From Candidatus Uhrbacteria bacterium (GTDB lineage: Bacteria; Patescibacteriota; Patescibacteriia; UBA9934; GWF2-40-263), in contig JACPHT010000006.1 of NCBI GenBank assembly GCA_016188475.1, positions 2,330 to 66,329 of the forward strand: a stretch of 64,000 nucleotides of DNA. Reading direction: 5' to 3'. A program made the translations under genes and the position numbers. The stretch's first letter is position 1; each line of letters starts with the position of its first letter. Below the pieces are notes generated by a model that made no database searches, was not told the origin of the DNA, and saw only the letters and a list, made by a program, of their open reading frames with translations. Positions 31,401 through 41,595 of the stretch are shown here, one piece after another.

Positions 31401-34400
31401 CGGGGTCGATGAGCAAAATGATGTTAGCAATATTTCAGTAAAAGAATACTCACTCAACGGAATTGATTGGTTTGACATGACAGAAAAATCAGGAGTCGGA
31501 AGTGACGGAATCGCGGGTCTTGAGTTTACAACAACAGGCGCGTCATTTATTTTTGCTTGGGATGCGCAAACCGATGTTTCAGATTTTGAGGATTTTATTT
31601 ATGTCAGATTAAGAGCCAATGATGGAGTTCAAGACGGTAATATAGAAACAAGTTCCGCGTTTGCTTTGGATTTGAAATCGCCAGTTGTTTCAAATGTTTC
31701 TGCTACACAGTTAGCAGGGACAACTTCAATAGAAATCTCATACGATGTTTCCGATTTTACTTCAAATATATCTGTTGCTTTTGAAATTTCTTCAGACAAT
31801 GGCTCAACATGGACAGTGCCTACAACTTCAGCCACAGGAGATTTTGGTTCAGGGCAGACAACGGGAAATGGAAAAATGATCACGTGGAACGCTGATCTTG
31901 ATTTTGACGGACAATATCAAACTGACATGAAAGTTCGCGTTCGAGCAACTGATAGTTTCAGCAATCAAGGAGATTTCAGTGAATCACCAGCTTTCGCTGT
32001 TGAGACAGCAAACCCTGTTGTGTCGAATCTATCAGCCGTACAAATGGCAGGAACAAGCGATGTTGCGGTATTTTACGACCTGTCAGACGACACATCAACA
32101 GATTTGACAGTTGTCTTTGATATTTCTGATGACAACGGCTCAACATGGACTGTTGTTGACACTTCCGTGACTGGAGACATCGGTTCTGGTCAAACAACAG
32201 GAATAAACAAGTCGTTCATTTGGGATGCTGGAACTGATTTTGCAGAACAATATCAAACTGACATGAAAGTTCGCGCTCGAGCAACTGATAGTTTCAGCAA
32301 TCAAGGAGATTTTACCGAATCATCATCATTCAGTGTTGACACAGATGTTCCTGTTGTTTCAAACGTAACTTCTTCTCAAGCAAGCGATTCAGCAAGCGTT
32401 ACGATAACTTACGATCTTTCAGACAACACATCAACAGATTTGACAGTTGTCTTTGATATCTCTGATGACAACGGCTCAACATGGACTGTTGTTGACACTT
32501 CCGTGACTGGAGACATCGGTTCTGGTCAAACAACAGGAATTAACAAGCTGTTCATTTGGGATGCTGGAACTGATTTTGGAAATGAATATCAAACTGACAT
32601 GAAAGTTCGAGTTAGAGCGACTGATAGTTTCAGCAATCAAGGAGATAACAGCGAATCCAATGTGTTTGTTCTTGATACATCCGCACCAGTGATCTCGAAC
32701 GTTTCAGCATCTCAAAACTTAGGATTTGGAACGGTTACAATTTCGTACGACATTTCAGACGACGTGTTGACTGATTTAATAGTTGATTTGAATGTCTCAA
32801 ATGATGGTGGACTTACTTGGACAGTTTCCCATCCGTCAGTTTCTGGAGATATTGGTTTAGGACAAACCGCAGGAGTTGGTAAAACAATTATTTGGAATGC
32901 CGGAGCTGATTTCGACGATCAAGATTTGTCCACAATGAGGATTCGACTTATTGGCACTGATAGTTTTGGGAACATAAGTTCTCCTTTTGTTTCGACGGAT
33001 TTTGCCGTAGACACGATGGATCCGATTGGACTTGCAACATTTGGAAAGTTTTTGAGCACGAGTACGTCAGTCACAATGAATTGGGGATCGGTTGTTGACA
33101 CAAACTTCGACCATTACGAATTATGGTACGGAAATAATCAAACAGACGTTCAAAATAGGTCTGGTTCTGCTTTAATTTGGTCTGTTGATGATGATTCAGA
33201 TTTGGATAATTCTTTAACGGCTTCTACAACAATCACTGGCATCACACTTGAAGCGGATTTATTTGTGAAGATTTGGGCTGTTGACTCATTCGGACACGAA
33301 ATTACAGCGCAAGATGTAAATGTGTTTACTCCTGTTGCGGCCGCTGGAGCTGTTGGTGGAGGGCAACTTTTAGACTTGATTCCTCCGAATAAACCTGTTT
33401 TGAATCCAGTTGCGACTCCAACAAACAATACAACCGCGATAATAGCCGGATTATCAGAACCAAACTCTTATATTGATCTGTACGACAATGGAGTTTTTGT
33501 TAAGCGTTTATCTTCTCAAGCAAATGCTAGCGGATTTTTCTCCGATGATTTAATTTTTGGAGAGGGAAGCCATCTGCTAACCGCAACAGCAACAGATTTA
33601 TCAGGAAATGTTAGTGAACAATCTGACTCCATCAATCTTGTTGTTGACTTGACCGCTCCAAACAAACCGACCGCATTTAATAAGAACGATTCTGAAATCT
33701 TTGAGATCTCGCCTCTTATTTTTGGAACTTCTGAACCTTTTGCGCTTATAAAAATTGTAATTGACGACACAAACGCAGTTACAACGTCAGCAGATCAAAA
33801 CGGTTATTGGCGATATTTACTTCCAACAGACTTAGCTTTGAATTTAGGAATTCATACGTTTGAATTAACTGCTTCTGATTTGGCTGGAAATGTCAGTGAG
33901 CCTGCCTTATTAACACTACACGTCGTTATACAACCAATTTTACCGCCATCTATATTCACTCCAAGTATTCCTACAATACCAACCATTTCAACGCCTGGAA
34001 TCGGATTATTGCCTGGGGCCGGACTATTAACCGTTCTGCCAACAATAGCTCCACCTGTACCAGTTTCTGAAATAATCAAAGAACAAGTCGAAGCGATTGA
34101 ATTACCGGGTTTGCCAACGCCTGATATTAAATTAGCAAGCACAGTTTATGACGGAAGAAATTTTGTGTTCAGCGGAACTGCGATACCAAACAGTGACGTG
34201 GTTGTCTATATTCACAGCGACCAGGCTCTGATATACACAAGCCACGCAAACGGTAAAGGCGATTGGAATGTGATTCATTCACAGGACGCGACTGAACTTT
34301 CAAAAGGCGATCATACTATCTATGCGATCTCGATTGATCCTATCGCAAAAATAAAAAGCGCCGTGGCGCCGATTAAAATTTTCACAGTTAATAAAAGCTT

Positions 34401-34509
34401 ATTGGTTTCAATGTTTAATTATCTGAATTTGCGAACAACAATCGCAAGTGTACTTGTACTTCTCGTGTGTATTTGGTGGTTATACAGATTAAGAAAACGA
34501 AATGCCTAA
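22478..34509 (+). CDS. Giant (~4,000 aa) Ser/Thr-rich repeat surface protein, broken here into three ORFs
   Basis: The same ~110-aa modules (ITYDL.D..S.D.G.TW..G.VG..KTITWNAG.DF..VRVRA.D..F.VDT..P) run through 22478-24850, 25002-26759 and 26599-34509; breaks at ~24792, 24879 (TAA) and ~26746. Confidence 0.8.
24487..24792 (+). repeat. Intragenic near-identical repeat, copy 1 (copies at 26441-26746 and 28378-28619)
   Basis: Direct nucleotide identity apart from a few synonymous changes. Confidence 0.9.
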
Positions 34510-34513
34510 CTAT

Positions 34514-36706
34514 CTAAACCAGTGTTTTTGTACCCGATTTCTTTTTCATTCCTTTTAACGGTATTGTAACAAAGAATGTTGTTCCTTTTCCTTCTTCTGA
34601 TTCAAAACGGATTGTACCGCCAGTTTGATCAAGAATTCCTTTCACAAGGTACAGGCCGAGTCCGGAGCCATCCGTGTCAATCTTTCTGGCATTGTCAGCT
34701 CTGAACATTTTTGTAAAGATTTTGGAATGTTGTGTTTTTGGTATTCCGATTCCATTGTCAGAAATTATTATCAGAGCGTTTTTACCATTCTTTTTTACAT
34801 CAAAACTTATTGCTCCATTTTTTGGAGTATATTTTGTGGCATTTGAAAGAATGTTTTGAAAAATCATTATTGTAAGTTTTGGATCAACTTTAATCATCGG
34901 AAGATTTGGATCGAAAGATGTTTTTAAGGTTTGTTTTTTATTTATAATACTTTGCTTCAACTCATCAATCGCTGTGTCAGCGATTTTGCGTAGGTCACTT
35001 ATTATTGGCTCGCTTATAAACACACCAAGTTCAATTCTCGAGACGTTAAGCAGAGAATTTATCAACTCACTCATGCGTTTTGAACTTGAGTATACGTCCT
35101 TAAGATATAACAGTTGTTTTGTTGTCATTTTTCCTGCGTTTCCAGACATTAACATTTCAATAAACCAATTTATTGAAGTAAGAGGTGTTCTAAGTTGATG
35201 GCTCGCGAGCGACACGAATTCAGTTTTTGCTTTGTCAATTTGTTTTTCTAAAGTTACATCGCGCTCAACACCGACAAAAAAAATTATTTTTCCTTTGTCA
35301 TCAAAAATTGGCGTGATAATGATTTGCGCTGTATAAATTTCTCCATTTTTTCGTTTATTTTGGATTTCACCGTTAAAGACTTTCTTTTTGGTTTTAATTG
35401 TATTCCAGAGTTTTTTGTAAAAATCTTTTGGCATCAATCCCCCCCAAAGGGAACCTGATTTTTTTTCAATCGCTTCTGAAGGCTTATATCCGGTTATTTT
35501 TTCAAGTGAACGATTCGCATACAAAACAACTCCTTCAGGATCAGTGATAATGATTTGATCTGAAACGTTGTCAACAGCTAATTTGAATTTTTCAAGCTCA
35601 CGTGTTTTCACTTCGACCATCGATTCCAACTTATTTGAATATTCGAGAAGTTCTTTATTATTTTTTTCAAGAGATCTTGCCATTTGATTAAATGAATTTG
35701 CAAGTTCTTCAATCTCATCACTGGTTTTAACTTTAACTCTGTACTTATAATTACCACGTTGAATTTGTTTTGCTCCTAAAGTTAGAGAATAGATCGGATT
35801 TGTTATGAGTCTTCCCAGAAGCCAAGAAACAAAAACTATAAATAATAAAAAAATCAAACAAAAAATAAATATAACGATCCCGACCGTGTTCGCTGGCATT
35901 AACAATTCTTTTGTATCAATTTTTGTCACGATCCCCCATTTTCTTTCAGGAATATAACTCCAAACAGCAAACACTTTTACGCCTCGATAATCAATTCTTT
36001 GTCCTTGTCCGATTTTTTGTTGAACAGCATCTTGTATTGGCAAACCAACAGGATCGTTAATTTTGACTGTTTTGTTAAATGCCGCGTTTTTATCAAAAAG
36101 TAAAGGATTTATAAACGTGAGATATGTTTTATCAGGACTCAATACCGCAAGGAGCGTTTCTTCACTTCCGCCTATTCTTCCAGAACTTTGCACAACTTTA
36201 AATAAGTTTTCCGCGCTTATTTCCAACATGACTGTTCCTATAAAAGGTTCCCCGAGGTTGTTTATTGGTGCGCCTATAAGGAAATCTATTGAACCGTCTG
36301 TTTGATTTTTATAAAGATCACTTATAAAAATTTTATCTTGCGCGTTTTGTAAAGTTTGCTTTCCAAGATCAGGGAATTTTGCATTCGAAGAAAAAATAAA
36401 ATTTCCATCGCTATCTAGAATAAAAAGTTTTTTTACATCAGCATTCTTTTTAAGAAAACTCTCTGCTTTAGTATTTATTTGATCATTGAGTCTAATTTCA
36501 TCTATCAACGAAGTTGTTTTAAGTTTCCATTCATCAAAAAAGTTTTTGATTATCAGTATTTTTAGGTTTGCGGATTGTTCAAATGACCGTTCTTGTATAT
36601 TTATAAGTGTTTTGCGAAAACTCCAATTTGAAAACAAAAAAACAAATACTATCTGAATGATGGAAATCAATAAAATACTAAAAAGAATCTTTTTAAACAT
36701 ACTCAT
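34514..36706 (-). CDS. Sensor histidine kinase (Cache-like, HAMP, PAS, HisKA, HATPase)
   Basis: DEIEELANSFNQM, PAS (N.RK.GE.Y), ASHQLRTPL, NATKY, DNGIG, G.GLGL. Confidence 0.93.
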   Translation of the reverse strand: MSMFKKILFSILLISIIQIVFVFLFSNWSFRKTLINIQERSFEQSANLKILIIKNFFDEWKLKTTSLIDEIRLNDQINTKAESFLKKNADVKKLFILDSDGNFIFSSNAKFPDLGKQTLQNAQDKIFISDLYKNQTDGSIDFLIGAPINNLGEPFIGTVMLEISAENLFKVVQSSGRIGGSEETLLAVLSPDKTYLTFINPLLFDKNAAFNKTVKINDPVGLPIQDAVQQKIGQGQRIDYRGVKVFAVWSYIPERKWGIVTKIDTKELLMPANTVGIVIFIFCLIFLLFIVFVSWLLGRLITNPIYSLTLGAKQIQRGNYKYRVKVKTSDEIEELANSFNQMARSLEKNNKELLEYSNKLESMVEVKTRELEKFKLAVDNVSDQIIITDPEGVVLYANRSLEKITGYKPSEAIEKKSGSLWGGLMPKDFYKKLWNTIKTKKKVFNGEIQNKRKNGEIYTAQIIITPIFDDKGKIIFFVGVERDVTLEKQIDKAKTEFVSLASHQLRTPLTSINWFIEMLMSGNAGKMTTKQLLYLKDVYSSSKRMSELINSLLNVSRIELGVFISEPIISDLRKIADTAIDELKQSIINKKQTLKTSFDPNLPMIKVDPKLTIMIFQNILSNATKYTPKNGAISFDVKKNGKNALIIISDNGIGIPKTQHSKIFTKMFRADNARKIDTDGSGLGLYLVKGILDQTGGTIRFESEEGKGTTFFVTIPLKGMKKKSGTKTLV

Positions 36707-36757
36707 AAGATAATTATAACAAAAAAAACTTTAGAAAACAAAAAAGACCCTTGCGGG

Positions 36758-37756
36758 TCAGTTGGAGTTTTGTTTTTCAACGACCATCAGTGCGATTGTT
36801 TCTCCAATCGTGAAAGTTAGTGTTCGTTTTTCGCTGTTTTGTTTTTCGGGTCCTTGTTTTGTGGATTCTGGCCAAACATAGACATCACCATCAAGCACTA
36901 GCCTTGTATCAGACATTCTGATTATTGCCGTGCGGATTGGTTGGTTGTAACTCTTGCGCTTGATCCAGAATGGGACAAGTCCGAACCATACAAAAGGTGA
37001 GGCAAGCGCAAGGCTTCGCCAACCTCCCCAGTATGCCGCGCTGTAGTATTCGCCCATGTTTGGAATCCCCCCAAATGGCTGACACGATGCTAGCAGTTTA
37101 GGAATCGTGCTGAACGCGAACCCGACGAATGACTTTTTTGTGCAGATGGCTGTGCCAAGAATCATTTCTCCATCGACTATTTTGAGTCGTCCGTGAAGTT
37201 TGCGAATCGTGTCTGATGCAACAGAAAGTGCCGCCATTATGATGATCTGCAGAACTCTGAAAAATCCACCTTTGCCGACATTCTCATACCACTGCAGAAT
37301 ATCGCTGATAACTCCGCCAGCTACAACTGCGGCATATCGTTTTGTATTCGTGACAGAATCATGCACGCAAACTGGTTGCCAGTTTTTCCAATCGAGTTTG
37401 ATCTTGTTTGAGAAAATCCCTGCAAGATTTTTGATCGGATCTTTGCTTGGCAAACCATGGAATTTAGTCATGTAGCAGAATTGTCCGCCTCCAACAGAGA
37501 TAAGCGCTGGTCTAAGTTCTGGCTGGAGCGCCGCAATCCAGTTGAGCACGTTGTTGAATGTTCCATCGCCACCGACAACGTAAACGAAGTCGACAGTGTG
37601 TTTTTGGGAAAGAGCGTCGAGCGCGCCGATGACTTTATCAGCGCCTGAAATGTCTATGATGTGCGCGTATTTTGAAAATCTGTCGCGCACGAGCTGGCGA
37701 ATGCGACGATTCTGGCGAAGCCGTTTGGCTTCAGGGTTTACTACGATTACACGCAC
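36758..37756 (-). CDS. Diacylglycerol/lipid kinase family protein
   Basis: VVNP, GGDGT, LDGD; GAAGGAGG RBS. Confidence 0.8.
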   Translation of the reverse strand: MRVIVVNPEAKRLRQNRRIRQLVRDRFSKYAHIIDISGADKVIGALDALSQKHTVDFVYVVGGDGTFNNVLNWIAALQPELRPALISVGGGQFCYMTKFHGLPSKDPIKNLAGIFSNKIKLDWKNWQPVCVHDSVTNTKRYAAVVAGGVISDILQWYENVGKGGFFRVLQIIIMAALSVASDTIRKLHGRLKIVDGEMILGTAICTKKSFVGFAFSTIPKLLASCQPFGGIPNMGEYYSAAYWGGWRSLALASPFVWFGLVPFWIKRKSYNQPIRTAIIRMSDTRLVLDGDVYVWPESTKQGPEKQNSEKRTLTFTIGETIALMVVEKQNSN

Positions 37757-37821
37757 GTCTTTGCCTCCTTCATGCTATAATTCCAACAAGGCTTTTGAAC
37801 ATTATCGTATTCTAAGCAAAT

Positions 37822-38229
37822 ATGCCAGTATATATTCTCATTATCTTTATTGGTTTCGCTGGATTCTTACTTTCTCATTATATTGCTCACAAAAAACGAA
37901 GAAAAGACGAACACTTTATTTGTCCGCTTCGCGCAAGTTGCACTGAAGTGGTTCATAGTGATTATTCTAGATTTTTAGGAATTCATGTTGAATATCTTGG
38001 GATGATTTATTATGGATTTATAGCGGTTGGTTACGGATTGCTCGCGTCTTCGTTTAATTTTGCTCTATTTGCAACAGCTCTTTTTTCTGTTTCAACTTTG
38101 GCTTTTCTATTTTCGGTCTATTTAACCTTTGTTCAGATATTTATTCTGAAAAAGTTCTGTACTTGGTGTTTGATTTCAGCATTTTTTTGTTTGATTATCT
38201 TTTTGATTTCAGTCTTTTCACTTGTGTAA
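37822..38229 (+). CDS. Vitamin K epoxide reductase (VKOR) family protein
   Basis: C....SC..V..S.YS..LG and C-terminal CTWC. Confidence 0.9.
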   Translation: MPVYILIIFIGFAGFLLSHYIAHKKRRKDEHFICPLRASCTEVVHSDYSRFLGIHVEYLGMIYYGFIAVGYGLLASSFNFALFATALFSVSTLAFLFSVYLTFVQIFILKKFCTWCLISAFFCLIIFLISVFSLV

Positions 38230-38277
38230 AACCAGCCGTTCACAACCGGTTTGAGGTTGTGTTATACTGGCGCAACT

Positions 38278-38868
38278 ATGAAAAAGGCATTTTGTATTTT
38301 ATTTTTTACTTTGGCACTTTTTGGCTTTGGATGCGCGAACAAAATAGACACAGTTAAAGATGAGAATGCGCCAAAAGAGATCAATCGTGAACAAATACTC
38401 ACTCAAGCAAAACGAGACGGTTTAATTATGGATGATAATGAGATTGAAAAAATGTCTGATGTTTCTGTTTTACAAACAACAAATGGAAAAAATCAGACGT
38501 CTTTCGCGCAGTACATTAAAAAAGATTTTGCGGGTTGGAATTCAGCGGCGCTTGCTGATGTCACTAGTGGTGGAAGTTTTGGACTCGCATTTTCAACATT
38601 TGAAACAGGTTCTTATACGCTTGTCGTAAAAATGGGAAATTTACCAGAACTTTCCGAAGGCTCACACTATGAAGGTTGGGTAGTGAAACGTGGAAATGAA
38701 ATGCGTGTTATAAGTGTTGGGCAAGCAATAAAAAATGAAGATCAGTTTGTAATAGTTTTTAAGTCGCCGGAAGATTTAACAGCGTACGATTTTTTTGTTC
38801 TTACGCTTGAATCAAACGAAACAGATCCATCTCCTTCAAGCCACATATTAGAAGGGACATTTAGATAG
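38278..38868 (+). CDS. Lipoprotein with RskA-C-like domain
   Basis: Lipobox GFGC; LP......YEGW..LTLE....P.P...IL.G. Confidence 0.6.
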   Translation: MKKAFCILFFTLALFGFGCANKIDTVKDENAPKEINREQILTQAKRDGLIMDDNEIEKMSDVSVLQTTNGKNQTSFAQYIKKDFAGWNSAALADVTSGGSFGLAFSTFETGSYTLVVKMGNLPELSEGSHYEGWVVKRGNEMRVISVGQAIKNEDQFVIVFKSPEDLTAYDFFVLTLESNETDPSPSSHILEGTFR

Positions 38869-38886
38869 AAATGGACAATCAATGTT

Positions 38887-38960
38887 GTCATCTTGAGCGA
38901 AGGTAAAGTTACAGCCTTCGACTGGCTCAGGCAATAACTTTACCGAAGTCGAAAGATCTC
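38887..38960. repeat. Nested REP-like palindromic element (CCTTCGAC.GGCTCAGG family)
   Basis: Core at 38915-38931 inside arms GGTAAAGTTA/TAACTTTACC, inside an outer GTCATCTTGAGCGAA..GTCGAAAGATCTC element. Confidence 0.8.
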
Positions 38961-38975
38961 GTATATAATGACAAT

Positions 38976-40541
38976 GTGCTCAAACGACTTATAATTTTTT
39001 TATTTTTTGTTGCAGTTCCGTTTGTCACTTCTGCAGCCGAAGAAGCAGAGTTTTTGTCTCCAAAAATTTCAGGAGTTAACTCATCTGTTGTTTGCCCGAC
39101 TGAAGATAATTGTCAGGCGGTTTTTTTAATCAAGGGGAAAAATTTTCTAAACAGCAACGGAAGACCGCTTGTGAACATTGCAGACGAATGGGTTGAAGTT
39201 GTGCGAGCTTCAGATACACAAATTGTTGCGCTTGCTGAACCTGAATTTGTTGGCAAGGTTCCGATGGTTATTGTTGATAAAACATTGCATCGTCCGACAA
39301 TGTCATCAACGGACGGCGTACTAGTAAAAATGTTCGACGAGTCAGTTGATGTAGCGCTTGAAGTGATTGGTCAAACATCAGACGGTTCACGATATATCAC
39401 AGCCGGGCCTCGTTACACAGAACCGCTTCGAGTTTATTATCGCGATAGTTACTGGACTTCTGGAATGATTCTTCTTATCGAGCCGGCGGTTGTTCGCGAT
39501 CAAATTTTGTTGCTTGCGCGAGGAATTGAAAAAGATGGTTCAACACCAAGCGCGATTCCGGTTGATCCAAAAGGAATGACAATGCCGCTTTGGAAAGATC
39601 ATTACGATTCTGGTCCATATTTCATCATGATGGTTTATGATTATGTGAGATGGACCGGTGACACATCAATTCTGGATGAACATGTTGGTGAAAGAACAAT
39701 TCTTGCGACAATGGAAGATGTGCTGTCACATCTTGAAACTCGTGATACAAATAAAAACCTTTTGCCTGAAAAGCCGGCAAATTCATTTCAAGATTGGCTT
39801 GATAATGTTCCGCGTGGTGGGGAAGTGTTGTATGACGAAGTTTTGTATTATCGAGCGCTTCGAAACATGACAGAGCTGGCCGAGTTGGTTGGCAAAACCG
39901 CTCATGCAACAGTTTTTCATCGTCACTCGCTTCTTGTTAGATATCAAATCAACAACACTCTTTGGAATGACGCGAGGGGATATTATTATGAACGTTGCGA
40001 AAATGGAAAATGCGAAGACCGTTTGACAAACGAAATGTCGCTTGCTGTTTTGTATGACGTTGTTTGGCCTGAAAATCGAGAACGTTTGCTAAAAAATTTG
40101 GAGCAGTTGGAAACGAGATATAATTCAAGTTTACTTTATGGTGATTGGGGGGTTGTAAATGTTTTTCCCGCTTACACTTCAACAAAAGCATATTTTTATC
40201 AAAACATGACTGACTGGCCGTTTTTGGACGGTATAAACGCTGGAGCAAGATTGAAATATGGAATCGGCGATTGGTATTATCCGATGACAAATTGGTGGAA
40301 GTTTTTTAATGTTCACAGCGACAAAATTGAAAAGTTGCCGGAGTATGTTTCGCCGATTGATTTTTCAGGTGGAGTTTCTCAAGCATGGTCAGTAAATCCG
40401 ATTGTTTCGTTTGTTCGCTATGGACTTGGAATTGATCCAGCAATAGACGGAACATACACGATTCGACCATCTCCGATCGGTCAGGTTGATTTGAAAAATT
40501 TATCTGTTCGCGGACAAAGAATTTCAGTGAGCGCGAAATAG
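38976..40541 (+). CDS. Secreted (alpha/alpha)6-barrel glycoside hydrolase (debranching/MGH1-like) with IPT-like N-domain
   Basis: Signal peptide; YYRDSYW, Y..WTGD, DWLD, YQN...WP, QAWS. Confidence 0.75.
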   Translation: MLKRLIIFLFFVAVPFVTSAAEEAEFLSPKISGVNSSVVCPTEDNCQAVFLIKGKNFLNSNGRPLVNIADEWVEVVRASDTQIVALAEPEFVGKVPMVIVDKTLHRPTMSSTDGVLVKMFDESVDVALEVIGQTSDGSRYITAGPRYTEPLRVYYRDSYWTSGMILLIEPAVVRDQILLLARGIEKDGSTPSAIPVDPKGMTMPLWKDHYDSGPYFIMMVYDYVRWTGDTSILDEHVGERTILATMEDVLSHLETRDTNKNLLPEKPANSFQDWLDNVPRGGEVLYDEVLYYRALRNMTELAELVGKTAHATVFHRHSLLVRYQINNTLWNDARGYYYERCENGKCEDRLTNEMSLAVLYDVVWPENRERLLKNLEQLETRYNSSLLYGDWGVVNVFPAYTSTKAYFYQNMTDWPFLDGINAGARLKYGIGDWYYPMTNWWKFFNVHSDKIEKLPEYVSPIDFSGGVSQAWSVNPIVSFVRYGLGIDPAIDGTYTIRPSPIGQVDLKNLSVRGQRISVSAK

Positions 40542-40641
40542 TTATTGCCTGAGCCTGCTTGCCGACCATAGCCTCTGGCGAAGGTTGGTCGAAGGCTGTA
40601 ACGCATTGTGAATAGTTATTGCCTGAGCTTGTCGAAGGCCG
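40541..40641. repeat. Two REP-like copies (GTTATTGCCTGAGC.TGTCGAAGGC), first one interrupted
   Basis: 40548-40595 with internal insert; 40622-40638 intact. Confidence 0.8.
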
Positions 40642-40665
40642 TACGAACTAATAAAAAACGACTGC

Positions 40666-40779
40666 CTATTTGGCAGCCGCTTTTTTTATACGAATCGCTT
40701 TTTGCTTTCGATTGCTAGCGAGTTGAATCTTTCGATCCTTTTTCCATTGTGTGCGAACTTGTTTTCTTTTGCCTGGCAT
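40666..40779 (-). CDS. 37-aa highly basic small protein (not in ORF track)
   Basis: MPGKRKQVRTQWKKDRKIQLASNRKQKAIRIKKAAAK; terminator CGGCTGCC/GGCAGTCG plus T run overlaps the stop. Confidence 0.55.
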   Translation of the reverse strand: MPGKRKQVRTQWKKDRKIQLASNRKQKAIRIKKAAAK

Positions 40780-40973
40780 AGAGTAAAAAAGTGATGAAGT
40801 GATGGAGTAAAGGAGTTAGTTTGTAGCCCACGGCTTTTCCGGCCTAAAGGCTGGATCCGGCTCCGCCGGAAGCCGTGGCTGTGTGAAAAGATAATACTTG
40901 ATCGTTCGCTTACCGTCAAATTTAGCAAAAAGATAAGTCAATTTTATATTATTTCTCTGCTCAAATCAACAAT

Positions 40974-41134
40974 TGATCGTCCGTTTCCTCCGTTCGTCGA
41001 CATTCGCAGACGGCCAGTATAGACGTTTGGTAATCATCATCGTTTCTCGCCGTCGAGAAATAAGCCGCCGACGCTTACGTTGGTTTTCATCAACGTCCAC
41101 GGCGGCGGTCAAGAACGGAGGAACCGGACGATCA
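40974..41134. ncRNA. Structured ~160-nt element, copy A (unassigned ncRNA or repeat)
   Basis: Closing stem TGATCGTCCGTTTCCTCCGTTC/GAACGGAGGAACCGGACGATCA; homologous to 54883-55044. Confidence 0.6.
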
Positions 41135-41191
41135 TAAATAAAATGAACCTCCGCTGACAGTGTGTCAGACAGAGGTTCGAGAGCGACAGGG

Positions 41192-41479
41192 CTACTCAGC
41201 GAGTTTTGCGTCGTAGCCAGGACAACTGGCGTTCCGGTGGTAGATCGAGTCACACCACTCATTGTGTTCGGCGAGCTGTTTCGCTAGCACCTCGGGCGGG
41301 ACGATCACTTGTCCGTGCTTCGGACATCCCACGTTCTGGTGGTAGATCTGGTCACACCACGCCAGATGGGACACCTCGTCCAACTCTTCGTCAGTCGGGG
41401 TTGTCGAAATCTTTCCACACGCGAGAACCACGACCAGCACCATCAGAAGTGCCAGGACAAGATTCATCATTCCCTTCAT
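41192..41479 (-). CDS. Small lipoprotein with duplicated WCDxIYHxNxxCP motif
   Basis: Lipobox VLAC; AAAAGGAGG RBS; TTGACA-17-TACTAT promoter near 41516-41544. Confidence 0.75.
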   Translation of the reverse strand: MKGMMNLVLALLMVLVVVLACGKISTTPTDEELDEVSHLAWCDQIYHQNVGCPKHGQVIVPPEVLAKQLAEHNEWCDSIYHRNASCPGYDAKLAE

Positions 41480-41595
41480 CTTTTGGCCCTCCTTTTGAGC
41501 CTAACTTACCGTCAAATAGTACCACATTTTAGCACTTTTGTCAAGGATTTGAAAGAAAAAACTCTCCGCACAAAAGTATTGTTTGGAGAGCGAGA

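Noticed and set aside
40966-41262. 98-aa minus-strand ORF across structured motif A
   Set aside because: It overlaps the lipoprotein gene end and its hairpin, and copy B conserves base pairing rather than an evident protein.
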